Numbered from the stretch's first letter, positions 25,969-34,730 are shown. The stretch is 64,000 nucleotides of DNA from a candidate division WOR_3 bacterium SM23_42 (GCA_001303785.1 LJUJ01000004.1:64845-128844); one strand, 5' to 3'. Numbers and translations: made by a program. Notes: generated from the sequence alone by a model not told the origin.

Positions 25969-27248
25969 TTTTTTTCACCTTGCGATTCATTTCTGCTAAT
26001 GTATATGCAATCCTCTGGTTTTGCTTCACCACGCACGATATCTTCAGCCAGGGTCTGACAATCTGGAGCGCCGCATACCCCGCAATCGGTGCCGGGAAGC
26101 TTGCCAACCAGTTCCTCTTTCATTTTCAATTTTTCGATCGCTACGCCACGGTCTGCGTCAAGTGGTGGAAAGGACTTGGGCTCAACCGCCCAAGCAAATG
26201 AAAAGAAATTTTCTTTGTAGAGTTTCTGCACTAATTCGGTATTCACTCTTCTCTTTCCGCCAAAATGCCTTAGAAGTCTTAGGACATTACTCTTGGCGAC
26301 AAATCTGTTCTCTACGGTAAGCGGACCACCAATACATCCATCTGGGCATACCAGACATTCGAGATACTCGATATTACGCAATCTCCCTGATTCCACATCT
26401 TCGAGAATGCGGATCGTATCCAGCAAACCAGACACCGAAACAGTGTTGGAGTATTTGAGTCCCCTGATTTCACCACCCTCAAAGGCCCAGCCAATTCCGA
26501 CGCCGCTAATGCGTGTTTGTGTCTGCATCATCAACAGCCCGGCCTCTTGCTTCAGTTTCATCATTACTTTGTTGTATATTTCTCGTATGGAAATTGCGCC
26601 ATCAAGATGCGATTTTGCCATACTTTCGGGATGATTAATCGACACCATCTTGGCCGAACACGGCGTGATGTGGATGATACCGATTTCTTCAGCCTTGAGC
26701 TCCTCCTGTTTTGCTGTCTCACTACGCAAATTCTTTGCTGCGATTTCGCGAGGCGGCTCGAGTGGCAAAATGTTGCCACAGAGACTTGGGAACAGCCTCT
26801 GCACAAGCCGCACAACAACCGGGCATATTGATGAGATTATGGGTCGGGGAGATCTGTTCTCGTCGAGGTACTCTTCAGTGGCGACGCTCATCATTTCGCA
26901 GACCAATGCCTCGTCATACACATGGTCAAAGCCGATTTCTTTGAGTACGGTCAGAATCTCAGAAGGCATTGATTGTTGGCCAAATTGAGTGTAAAGTACA
27001 GGCGAAGGTAACGCGATTTTGAATTTGAAGCGATTGAGATCAGAGAGGAGAGTCGTTAGTGGTATTATAGCGCTGTGGGGGCACGCCCTGAGACATTCGC
27101 CACAGTCAATGCATCTTTCGTAATTGATATGTGCCTTCTGTTCGCGGACGCGTATTGCCTTTGTTGGACACACCTTCATACAAGTGACGCAACCAATGCA
27201 CTTTGCCTTATCAACTTTTATGGAGTGAAAGTATGTTTGTTCAGCCAT
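25950..27248 (-). CDS. [FeFe]-hydrogenase-like protein of the putative sensory type (HydS-like): 2x 4Fe-4S ferredoxin + H-cluster domain with altered motifs + C-terminal Cx2Cx4Cx16C; no PAS domain
   Basis: 432 aa. CIGCVTCMKVCP and CIDCGECLRACP. L1 is SSICP (canonical TSCCP; first Cys replaced by Ile). L2 is TPCSAK (MPCxxK). L3 is EYLECLVCPDGCIGGP (ExMACxxGCxxGG). C-terminal CGVCGAPDCQTLAEDIVRGEAKPEDC. Flanked by kinase-like, DRTGG and PHP genes. Confidence 0.8.
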   Translation of the reverse strand: MAEQTYFHSIKVDKAKCIGCVTCMKVCPTKAIRVREQKAHINYERCIDCGECLRACPHSAIIPLTTLLSDLNRFKFKIALPSPVLYTQFGQQSMPSEILTVLKEIGFDHVYDEALVCEMMSVATEEYLDENRSPRPIISSICPVVVRLVQRLFPSLCGNILPLEPPREIAAKNLRSETAKQEELKAEEIGIIHITPCSAKMVSINHPESMAKSHLDGAISIREIYNKVMMKLKQEAGLLMMQTQTRISGVGIGWAFEGGEIRGLKYSNTVSVSGLLDTIRILEDVESGRLRNIEYLECLVCPDGCIGGPLTVENRFVAKSNVLRLLRHFGGKRRVNTELVQKLYKENFFSFAWAVEPKSFPPLDADRGVAIEKLKMKEELVGKLPGTDCGVCGAPDCQTLAEDIVRGEAKPEDCIYISRNESQGEKKWRKAR

Positions 27249-27720
27249 TCTTTCCGTTCAGAAGAATCTTAATTTCCAAGCTTGTACCTTGCCCTACTTT
27301 TGAAGTTATTTGGAAAACATCAGAGTTCTTCTTTATATTAGGCAGACCCATTCCAGCACCAAATCCCATTTCTCTCATTTCTTCTGTTGCGGTCGAGAAC
27401 CCGGGTTTCATTGCCAACTCAATATTCTCTATGCCTGGCCCTTTATCGTCGATTATCAGTAATATGTTGTCCTGATATACGTTTATTTTCATCGTGCCGT
27501 GTTGGGCATACATCACTACATTCATTTCTGCTTCATATGCAGCAATAGCGATGCGTCTTATTATATCACTATTGATACCAATCTCCCGCAGAGTGTTTCT
27601 TATCTTACACGACGATTCGCCAGCATTGACGAAGTCACCACCTTGTATTTCGAATTCTTGCTGGAACAAAACCCTATTTTTCATTCCTTTTCTCTTCATC
27701 TCCATATGTGGACGCACCAC
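27241..27720 (-). CDS. RsbW/SpoIIAB-like anti-sigma-factor-type Ser/Thr kinase (HATPase_c only)
   Basis: Roughly 145-159 aa. IDDKGPGIEN, GFGAGMGLPNI. Track start 27720 is a GTG; internal ATGs at 27705, 27699 and 27684 are alternatives. Confidence 0.65.
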   Translation of the reverse strand: MVRPHMEMKRKGMKNRVLFQQEFEIQGGDFVNAGESSCKIRNTLREIGINSDIIRRIAIAAYEAEMNVVMYAQHGTMKINVYQDNILLIIDDKGPGIENIELAMKPGFSTATEEMREMGFGAGMGLPNIKKNSDVFQITSKVGQGTSLEIKILLNGKNG

Positions 27721-28063
27721 TTACGCCATTCGTATATAGTATACCGCATACTTCGTACATCTTCAATTTTGTTGTCAGGAGAGGAATGTTACATTGTTGA
27801 GCTAGTTCGATTGTCTCAGCCGATGGATTCTTGCCCCGCACGAAGACGATTGCTCCAATCCCCGCGATTTCACAAGTTCTCACAACTTGTTTGTTAGTAA
27901 GTCCGGTGATGAGCAAGGTGTTGCGATCTGAGAAGGGTTGGGAAAATGCAAGAACATCACTCATCAAATCTGATGCCTTGGCAAATTTTATATCAATGCT
28001 GTGCGCTTCTTGTTCTGAGACTAATTCTGCGTTCAGCAGTTCTCTAATTTGGGAAAGGATCAT
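27674..28063 (-). CDS. DRTGG domain protein
   Basis: 129 aa. DLMSDVLAFSQP...TLLITGLTNKQVVRTCEIAGIGAIVFVRGKNP. Second stand-alone DRTGG in the module. Confidence 0.6.
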   Translation of the reverse strand: MILSQIRELLNAELVSEQEAHSIDIKFAKASDLMSDVLAFSQPFSDRNTLLITGLTNKQVVRTCEIAGIGAIVFVRGKNPSAETIELAQQCNIPLLTTKLKMYEVCGILYTNGVSGASTYGDEEKRNEK

Positions 28064-28066
28064 CTG

Positions 28067-28567
28067 CTACTTTTTTCTTTTTCGAGTTACCTTTCTTTTG
28101 TGTTTCTTTTTCTTATATTGATCGATTATTTGGTCAACCTTCTGGACAGTGGACTGTCCATAATACTTACCATCGACCACAACTATGGGTGCCAAAGCGC
28201 AAGCGCCCAAGCAGTTAACACTTTCCAACGTGAAGTTCTCATCTGCAGTTGTGCAACCGGGTTCGATTTTAAGCTTGTTCTTCACTCGATCCAGGACCGT
28301 TGGTGCACCTCGCACGTGGCATGCTGTGCCGAGGCACACGGTTACGACATGTTTGCCCCTGGGTGTGAGGCTAAAGGCTCGATAGAATGTCGCGACACTG
28401 TAGACATCGATCAGGGGAATGCACAATCTATTTGATATCAGTCTCAGTGCTTCAGGAGGGAGCCAATTGTATTTCTCTTGTACATCTTGTAGAACTGAAA
28501 TTAACGATGATTTTTCATTGTGATATCTTTCAACTATTTTTGTCAGATCTTGCGCGTTGATTTTCAT
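28067..28567 (-). CDS. NuoE-family [2Fe-2S] protein (NADH dehydrogenase 24-kDa subunit / HydC / HoxE-like)
   Basis: 166 aa. CLGTACHVRGAP...CLGACALAPIVVVDGKYY is the canonical NuoE cysteine pattern. Lys-rich C-terminal tail. First gene of the operon, directly behind the promoter. Confidence 0.85.
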   Translation of the reverse strand: MKINAQDLTKIVERYHNEKSSLISVLQDVQEKYNWLPPEALRLISNRLCIPLIDVYSVATFYRAFSLTPRGKHVVTVCLGTACHVRGAPTVLDRVKNKLKIEPGCTTADENFTLESVNCLGACALAPIVVVDGKYYGQSTVQKVDQIIDQYKKKKHKRKVTRKRKK

Positions 28568-28590
28568 ATGACTCCTTTCTCGTGGTCATT

Positions 28591-28618
28591 ATTATACCTA
28601 TTTTTCCGCGATAGTCAA
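28591..28618 (-). promoter_or_regulatory. near-consensus sigma-70 promoter (TTGACT-N16-TATAAT) of the NuoE/HydS-like operon
   Basis: Minus strand reads ...ctgtatgTTGACTatcgcggaaaaataggTATAATaatgaccacgagAAAGGAGtcatATG. ATG is at 28567. Confidence 0.45.
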
Positions 28619-28705
28619 CATACAGATTGGTTGTTTTATGTTGCATTATGCATAAATTGGGTTTGGAAATCAAGCATATATGATTCAATAGGGCGTTCGC
28701 AGGCC

Positions 28706-28735
28706 AAAAAAAAGCCGGGTTCAATCGAACCCGGC
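28706..28735 (-). terminator. rho-independent terminator of gdh (9-bp GC-rich stem, 4-nt loop, U8 tract)
   Basis: Plus strand aaaaaaaaGCCGGGTTCaatcGAACCCGGC. On the minus strand the hairpin is followed by TTTTTTTT, 22 nt after the gdh stop. Confidence 0.7.
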
Positions 28736-28756
28736 CTCTCGGGATTAATAGAACAA

Positions 28757-30040
28757 CTAGTTTCTACCTATTCTACCAAACATACGGACAGAATCTGCCA
28801 CGCGCTGTACGGCCAATATATAGGCGGCATGACGCATATCGGTTCTGTGTTTGTCGGCGGCTCGTACAACATCCCAGAATGCTCTTTGCATCATCCGGTA
28901 ACACCTTTCGTTGACCTCTTCTTCGCTCAGGAAATATTTCTGTAAATCCTGAATCCACTCTAGGTACGATACAGTAACGCCACCAGCATTAGCTAAGATG
29001 TCGGGGATTACAAAGATTCTTTTAGCGTTCAATATCTCATCTGCTTCATTGGTTGTTGGCCCATTGGCGCCTTCGCATATCACTCTTGCTTTGATCTTAT
29101 CAGCATTCTTAGAATTTATCATGCCTTCGATTGCGCAGGGGAGAAGGATGTCACACTTCAGATTGATAAGTTCTTCATTCATGATGGAATCATGTTGCTT
29201 AAATCCAGATACGGTTTTTGCCCTTGCAACATAATTGTCCAGTTCAGGGATATTTATGCCGTTTCTGTTATATATGCCGCCATAAATGTCAGTTATCGCA
29301 ACAATCTTACAGCCATAATTGTATAAGAGTTGGGCAATAGAGGCACCAACGTTGCCATAACCTATGATGGCAATTCGCTTGCCTTCGAGCGGGTATTCGA
29401 GGTGTTTGGACGCCTCGATCAATGCATAATACATACCAAGACCGGTAGCACCGCTTCTGCCCTTTGAACCCCCGCATTCTAATGGCTTGCCTGTCACTAC
29501 CGCAGGCTCGAAATGTCCGACATATCTGCTGTATGCATCACATATCCATGCCATGGTTCGGGCATTGGTCCAGACGTCTGGCGCAGGGATATCTTTGTTC
29601 GGTCCAATTATATCCTTGATTGAATATGTGTATTCCTTGGTCAGTTTTTCCAGGTCGCTTTCGGTCATTTCGGGCGGATTGCAGATGACTGCACCCTTAG
29701 CACCACCTAAGGGTAAATCCAGCACTGCAGTCTTCCAAGTCATCCAGGCAGCGAGTGCTTTACATTCACTCAAGGAAGCATCCGGGCTGTATCTTATGCC
29801 GCCTTTACCCGGGCCTCGCGTGGTGCTGTGCTGAACCCGATAACCAGTATATGTCTCAACCTTGCCGTCGTCGCGTGTGATTGTCATGTGCACTGTGAGT
29901 TCTTTTTCCGGAAACTTCAAGCGATTGTAAATCCAGGGTTCGAGGTCGAGCGTGGATGCAGCTCTTTCATACTGCACTGTCGCCTCGATGAACGGATCGT
30001 ATTTCTTCTGCCTAAGTTTTGCGTCATTTATTTTTACCAT
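28757..30040 (-). CDS. gdhA: NAD(P)-dependent glutamate dehydrogenase
   Basis: Glu/Leu/Phe/Val dehydrogenase motifs (LGGAKGAVICNP; Rossmann IIGYGNVGAS). ORF track starts at 30052 (MEAFM...). The second ATG at 30040 has a GGAGG SD at optimal spacing and is preferred. Confidence 0.9.
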   Translation of the reverse strand: MVKINDAKLRQKKYDPFIEATVQYERAASTLDLEPWIYNRLKFPEKELTVHMTITRDDGKVETYTGYRVQHSTTRGPGKGGIRYSPDASLSECKALAAWMTWKTAVLDLPLGGAKGAVICNPPEMTESDLEKLTKEYTYSIKDIIGPNKDIPAPDVWTNARTMAWICDAYSRYVGHFEPAVVTGKPLECGGSKGRSGATGLGMYYALIEASKHLEYPLEGKRIAIIGYGNVGASIAQLLYNYGCKIVAITDIYGGIYNRNGINIPELDNYVARAKTVSGFKQHDSIMNEELINLKCDILLPCAIEGMINSKNADKIKARVICEGANGPTTNEADEILNAKRIFVIPDILANAGGVTVSYLEWIQDLQKYFLSEEEVNERCYRMMQRAFWDVVRAADKHRTDMRHAAYILAVQRVADSVRMFGRIGRN

Positions 30041-30066
30041 GAAAGCCTCCATCTGTCGCTATATAG

Positions 30067-30085
30067 TTGCATTATTCATGCCTGG
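30067..30085 (-). promoter_or_regulatory. candidate sigma-54 (-24/-12) promoter upstream of gdh
   Basis: Minus strand reads cAGGCATGaataaTGCAa, against the consensus TGGCACG-N4-TTGCA. GG-to-GC spacing is exact. Predicted TSS about 30057, giving a 16-nt leader with an SD to the ATG at 30040. A sigma-54 activator (NtrC-type) gene is adjacent. Confidence 0.3.
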
Positions 30086-30220
30086 AAGCTGTCATGAAAT
30101 TTCAGTACTTATTTCTGTACCCTCAAGCATTATGCAATGTACCATAGCAAAATGCTATGACACAATTGGCAACGCTGGTTATGACTAGAAGAATTTTGTT
30201 GATGAACTACGCTGAGATTC

Positions 30221-31579
30221 CTACTTGAGTTTCTTTATTTTCCTGAAAAGTGACGTTGGATGTATGCCTAGTATTCGTGCAGCTTTGGACTTGTTGCCGC
30301 CCGTGTGTTTAAGTACTTGTTTGATATATTGTTTCTCCAAATCTTCGAGGCTCAGGAATTTCTCTTCTTCAAGACTTTCTCTAATGACTGGCGGTGGGCC
30401 TTGTTGCATCGTAATTTCGGTTGGCAGGTGATCGACGCTGATTTCTTCGGCGCTGTGTAGAGCCATTGTTCTTTCTATGATATTCCTCAATTCCCTGACG
30501 TTACCGGGCCAGTCGTACTCATGTAGAGCTTTGGCTGCATCTGCAGATATACCTTTGAATGAACGATGGAGTTCGGTATTGAAATTCTCAATGATATGAA
30601 GAGTAAGCGGTATGATATCATCTTTTCGTTCCCGGAGTGGTGGTATGGCAATTGGTACGACGTTCAATCGGTAAAATAGGTCTTCTCGGAAATTGCCCGC
30701 TTCTATTTCCCTTTTCAAATTTTTGTTTGTAGCCGCAATAATGCGAATATCTACGGCTATCTGGTTAGTCCCGCCGAGACGCTTGAATGATTGGTCCTCG
30801 AGTACCTTGAGAACTTTCGCCTGAAGCGGGAGTGGCATGTCAGCGATTTCATCGAGGAATACTGTACCGCGATCTGCTTTCTCCAATAATCCTATTTTCC
30901 GGCGTCGCGCGTCGGTAAACGCGCCGGCTTCGTGCCCAAATAGTTCACTTTCCATGAGGGTTTCGGGAATAGCAGCGCAGTTTATTTCTAGGAATGGTGC
31001 ATCAGCCCGCGTGCTGTTATAATGTATGGCGCGTGCCAGGAGTTCTTTCCCCACGCCGCTTTCGCCAGTTATGAGAATCGTTGTTTTTTCTAATGGTGCG
31101 ACCCGACGTGCGGTTTGCACCGCTTGTGTCATTTTCTTGCTCTCAGCAATGATTCGGTTGAAATAGTATTTTCCTTTCTCACTTTCCACCGTGTCTGATA
31201 CACGCACGCGTAGAGACTGCAATTCGAGTGCCCGAGCGATACTGGCCTTCAATTCATTCAATTTGAAGGGTTTCATAAGGTAGTCGTACGCGCCCAGTTT
31301 CATTGCTTTAATGGCTTTTTCAATGATTTCGTAAGCAGTTATCATGATGACAACGGTATTTGAATCACATTCTTTTATTTGCTTCAGCACCTCAATGCCG
31401 TCGACACCCGGAAGCATCAAATCAACCAATGCAAGGTTGGGTCGGTGTTTCTTGAAAAACTCGATGCCGTTTTCACCTGAATCAGCTAGTAAAATCTCGT
31501 ACCCTTCCTTCTCCAGTGCTTTCTTCAGGTTTGTAAGCGTCAGAACCTCATCATCAACAATAAGAACCGATGCAGCCAT
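30221..31579 (-). CDS. sigma-54-dependent response regulator (NtrC family: REC + AAA+ sigma-54 activation + Fis-type HTH)
   Basis: 452 aa. REC (LIVDDE...D54-like DLMLPGVDG), Walker A GESGVGKE, GAFTDA (GAFTGA motif), ESELFGHE, C-terminal HTH AARILGIHPTSLFRKIKK. Confidence 0.9.
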   Translation of the reverse strand: MAASVLIVDDEVLTLTNLKKALEKEGYEILLADSGENGIEFFKKHRPNLALVDLMLPGVDGIEVLKQIKECDSNTVVIMITAYEIIEKAIKAMKLGAYDYLMKPFKLNELKASIARALELQSLRVRVSDTVESEKGKYYFNRIIAESKKMTQAVQTARRVAPLEKTTILITGESGVGKELLARAIHYNSTRADAPFLEINCAAIPETLMESELFGHEAGAFTDARRRKIGLLEKADRGTVFLDEIADMPLPLQAKVLKVLEDQSFKRLGGTNQIAVDIRIIAATNKNLKREIEAGNFREDLFYRLNVVPIAIPPLRERKDDIIPLTLHIIENFNTELHRSFKGISADAAKALHEYDWPGNVRELRNIIERTMALHSAEEISVDHLPTEITMQQGPPPVIRESLEEEKFLSLEDLEKQYIKQVLKHTGGNKSKAARILGIHPTSLFRKIKKLK

Positions 31580-33789
31580 TATTCGATCACCTCGGATTTT
31601 CGTTTGCTGAGCTGTCTGATTGGCAGTCGAACTGTTACTCGGGTGCCCTCATTGATTATGCTATCAATAGATATCTGACCATTGTGGCTTTTAACGTAGC
31701 TGTAGCTGATGCTCAGCCCGAGTCCAGTTCCTTCGCCTTTCTTGGTGGTGAAGAATGGCTCAAAAACCCGCGTTAGATCTTCACTCGAGATACCTGAACC
31801 GGTATCGACAACATTGATTTCGACGTAGTCCTCAAACTTGACTTTCCGTGCGGTAACTGTTATTGTTCCCCCTTTTGCCGTGGCTTGTGCAGCATTGAGG
31901 AAGATGTTGACAAGAACCTGTCTTATTTGGTTGGCGTCCGCAGTGATTTGGGGTACTGAATCAGCAAGTTCTTTCTGGATTTTGATTTTTTTGAATAATG
32001 GTTGATGATCGAGAAACGATATTGTCTCAGAGATGAGCTTGTTAATACTGATTTTACTGAACGTCGGGGGTGACGGGCGGGCGAAGTTTAAGAGCCCTCT
32101 AACTGTTTCCGAAATTCGGTAGGCGCTATCAAGCACTTGCTTTGCTTGTGTCTTCTTCTCGAATTCTGTTTCATCTTCCAGAAGCAGTTCAATATATGAT
32201 GTTATGCCAAGGAGTGGGTTGTTGATTTCGTGGGCGGCACCTAGTGCGAGTTGACTCAAAGCCGAGAGTTTCTCGTAATCAGCCATTTGAGCACGCAACT
32301 TCTCTTCACTAGTTATATCGGTGATTAGTAGCGTTACACCGGATACGCTGTCTTCCCTTATCATAGGAAAACCTGATATTCGCAGCGCCACTTCATTTTC
32401 ATTCCCGGTTAATGAAATTCTTTTGATGATAAAAGGTTCACGGCTCGTGAATACGGTATTGATTTCATTCTTGATCAGTATGTTTTCTAACATTGGTAAC
32501 GAATCATAGAGAAGTGTTGCTATCGCGATATCAGGTGCGCTAAAAAGCTCCTTTACAACATCATTATAGTATGTTATCTTCATATTATTATCGACAGCTA
32601 TGACGCCACTGGAGATACTGTTGATTATGTTCTTTATGTATTCTTCTGAGGTGCTTAGTTGTTTGCTTAAAGACTGGCAGTCCCGCAGGCGCTTACGGAG
32701 TTCTATATTGATGGTGTCTATCGTATCTTTCTTATTCCTTGCGTCTTCCAGTGCAGATTTGAGAGCACTCGTGAGATTCTTCAGCGAATTAGTGATTTGA
32801 CGGGAAAAGAAAACCGAAGAAAAAATCAGGAAGCCGCCGAATAATAGGAAAATGTATAGCATCACCGTTCTCAAACGTGCAACCGGAGCTAGTGCCTCAC
32901 GTACATCCATTTCAGAAATTAAGTATCCGTGGAATTCGCTGAATTTCTGATATGCACAGATAACTTTTTCTCCACGGTAGTCTAGATGGATTTTGATGCC
33001 TCCTTCACCTGTATGCGGATTAATATCACCTTTGTAGTGACCGTATTCATCTAATACCTTACCGCCTAGTTTAGATGAGGATAGGAAAATTCCTTTATCG
33101 TCAACAAGAAAAATTTCGCTCGTCTTGCCGATGCGCAGGTCGAGTATGAGATCATAGAAAGTCTTCAGTGAAATCGAGGCGAAGATTACACCGATGATTT
33201 TGTTTTTTTGATTGAAGAGGGGTGAAGAAATGATCATCGCTGTTGTGTCGAGCAGGTCAGCATGAAATATCCCGCTGTTGTAGAAGTCTCCCCGCAGCGA
33301 TTTCTGAAAATATGTACGTTCCTTGATATTGCCGGTTAATCCATCAGTTGAATAGACAATTGCACCACCTCGGTCAGCGATTGCTATTAGGTCAAACCAA
33401 GGTTTCTCTCTTATGAAGCGTCTGTAGAACGGAGCGCTTGATTTCACGGCACTGAGGTCCTTTATTTCGACATTCGCAATGGACAGGAGGTCTCTTCTTC
33501 TCTCTTCGAGGAACGACTTTATAGTCCTGACGTTCACATCCACGCTATAGCTAAGGTTTTGCTTCACCTGATATTCAAGATGTCTAGAAGTCTCGAAGTT
33601 GACAATATACGAAAAAATGATAAAGGGAAGGAGAAAAAGTCCGAGGGTGATCATCGTGTTCCTTAATCGAAGCCCTTTGTAGTAGTCGGGGGAGATTTCA
33701 TTGCCACACGTGATACAATGCGTTGCGCTCTTTTGGTTTACCCCTCCACATTTCTCGCAGATGACTAGTTTTGTGATCTCCTTGGCCAT
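31579..33789 (-). CDS. sensor histidine kinase: N-terminal zinc-ribbon, TM, periplasmic Cache-like domain, TM/HAMP, PAS, HisKA, HATPase
   Basis: 736 aa. N-terminal CEKCGG...CITCG before the first TM. H-box ALGAAHEINNPL. N, G1, G2 boxes (NIFLNAAQAT, VDTGSGI, GTGLGLSI). 1-nt overlap (ATGA) with the downstream NtrC-type regulator. Confidence 0.85.
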   Translation of the reverse strand: MAKEITKLVICEKCGGVNQKSATHCITCGNEISPDYYKGLRLRNTMITLGLFLLPFIIFSYIVNFETSRHLEYQVKQNLSYSVDVNVRTIKSFLEERRRDLLSIANVEIKDLSAVKSSAPFYRRFIREKPWFDLIAIADRGGAIVYSTDGLTGNIKERTYFQKSLRGDFYNSGIFHADLLDTTAMIISSPLFNQKNKIIGVIFASISLKTFYDLILDLRIGKTSEIFLVDDKGIFLSSSKLGGKVLDEYGHYKGDINPHTGEGGIKIHLDYRGEKVICAYQKFSEFHGYLISEMDVREALAPVARLRTVMLYIFLLFGGFLIFSSVFFSRQITNSLKNLTSALKSALEDARNKKDTIDTINIELRKRLRDCQSLSKQLSTSEEYIKNIINSISSGVIAVDNNMKITYYNDVVKELFSAPDIAIATLLYDSLPMLENILIKNEINTVFTSREPFIIKRISLTGNENEVALRISGFPMIREDSVSGVTLLITDITSEEKLRAQMADYEKLSALSQLALGAAHEINNPLLGITSYIELLLEDETEFEKKTQAKQVLDSAYRISETVRGLLNFARPSPPTFSKISINKLISETISFLDHQPLFKKIKIQKELADSVPQITADANQIRQVLVNIFLNAAQATAKGGTITVTARKVKFEDYVEINVVDTGSGISSEDLTRVFEPFFTTKKGEGTGLGLSISYSYVKSHNGQISIDSIINEGTRVTVRLPIRQLSKRKSEVIE

Positions 33790-33926
33790 ATTGTATCTAT
33801 CCTTCCATGTATTGTAGGTAAAAAGGTTTTCCTTGTCAATATTGTGGCTAACGCGATGATGTTGTAAGACAGTCGGGACTGAACAAGCAATCCAAAAAGA
33901 CCGAGTTGAGTAGACAGATAGTGTGT

Positions 33927-34730
33927 TTAGTATCTAAAATAGAGGTCTTGTCGGCGGTCTACAAATAGGTCATTGTGTGCATTCATTTTCTTGTCCAAAG
34001 CAGTAGCAGGATTGAGTTCGACGACTTTGACACAGGGTTCTTCACTGACGCGCTCTAGAATCTTGCCATTAGGTGCCACGACTTGACTCATGCCTATGAA
34101 ATGATAGTTCTTGCCATCCCGTGTCTCATCACCGGCGCGGTCGGCAGTGACAATGAATAAACGGTTTTCGACGGCCCGGGTCACCATGGCATCTGGACAG
34201 TAGGGTGTAACGAGATTCGCAGCCTGGAGTACGACCTGCGCGCCCTTTAGGGCAAGTGTTCTCATTGCTTCCGGATATATCCAATCCCAGCATATCATCA
34301 TACCGAACTTGACATGCTCATATTCGAAGACATTGAAACCAGTGTCGCCAGGCTGAAAAATGAATCTTTCTTCAAAAAACAGATGGGATTTGCGATAGCT
34401 GGCAATCAGCCCTGAGGGTGTAATAAAGGACATGGAATTGTAGTACAAATTATCTGATCGCTCGGCAAAACCGTAAGCGATTGCGCATTTTGTACTTTTG
34501 ACTACATCATGTATGAAATGGTACGTGTCGCCCTGGACCGGTTCAGCAAGTTCGCCGAGCTCCTTTTTGTCGAGAAACGCGTAACCAGTATTGAACAATT
34601 CTGGAAGCAGCAAGACATCGGCGTTCACACTCTGTAACATATTCTCAACGGTCTTGAAGTTCGCCTTTTTATTACCAAATGATGGGTTGAATTGCACGAA
34701 TCCGACTCTCATATTTGCCCTAAAAACCAA
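33927..34730 (-). CDS. carbon-nitrogen hydrolase (nitrilase superfamily; omega-amidase-like)
   Basis: 267 aa. E-K-C triad context (LLPELF, YRKSHLF, GMMICWD). Confidence 0.8.
   Translation of the reverse strand: MVFRANMRVGFVQFNPSFGNKKANFKTVENMLQSVNADVLLLPELFNTGYAFLDKKELGELAEPVQGDTYHFIHDVVKSTKCAIAYGFAERSDNLYYNSMSFITPSGLIASYRKSHLFFEERFIFQPGDTGFNVFEYEHVKFGMMICWDWIYPEAMRTLALKGAQVVLQAANLVTPYCPDAMVTRAVENRLFIVTADRAGDETRDGKNYHFIGMSQVVAPNGKILERVSEEPCVKVVELNPATALDKKMNAHNDLFVDRRQDLYFRY

Noticed and set aside
28568-28705. Search for a sigma-54 -24/-12 element in front of the NuoE/HydS-like operon
   Set aside because: Only a sigma-70-type TTGACT-N16-TATAAT was found. No GG-N10-GC element with acceptable flanks on the correct strand.
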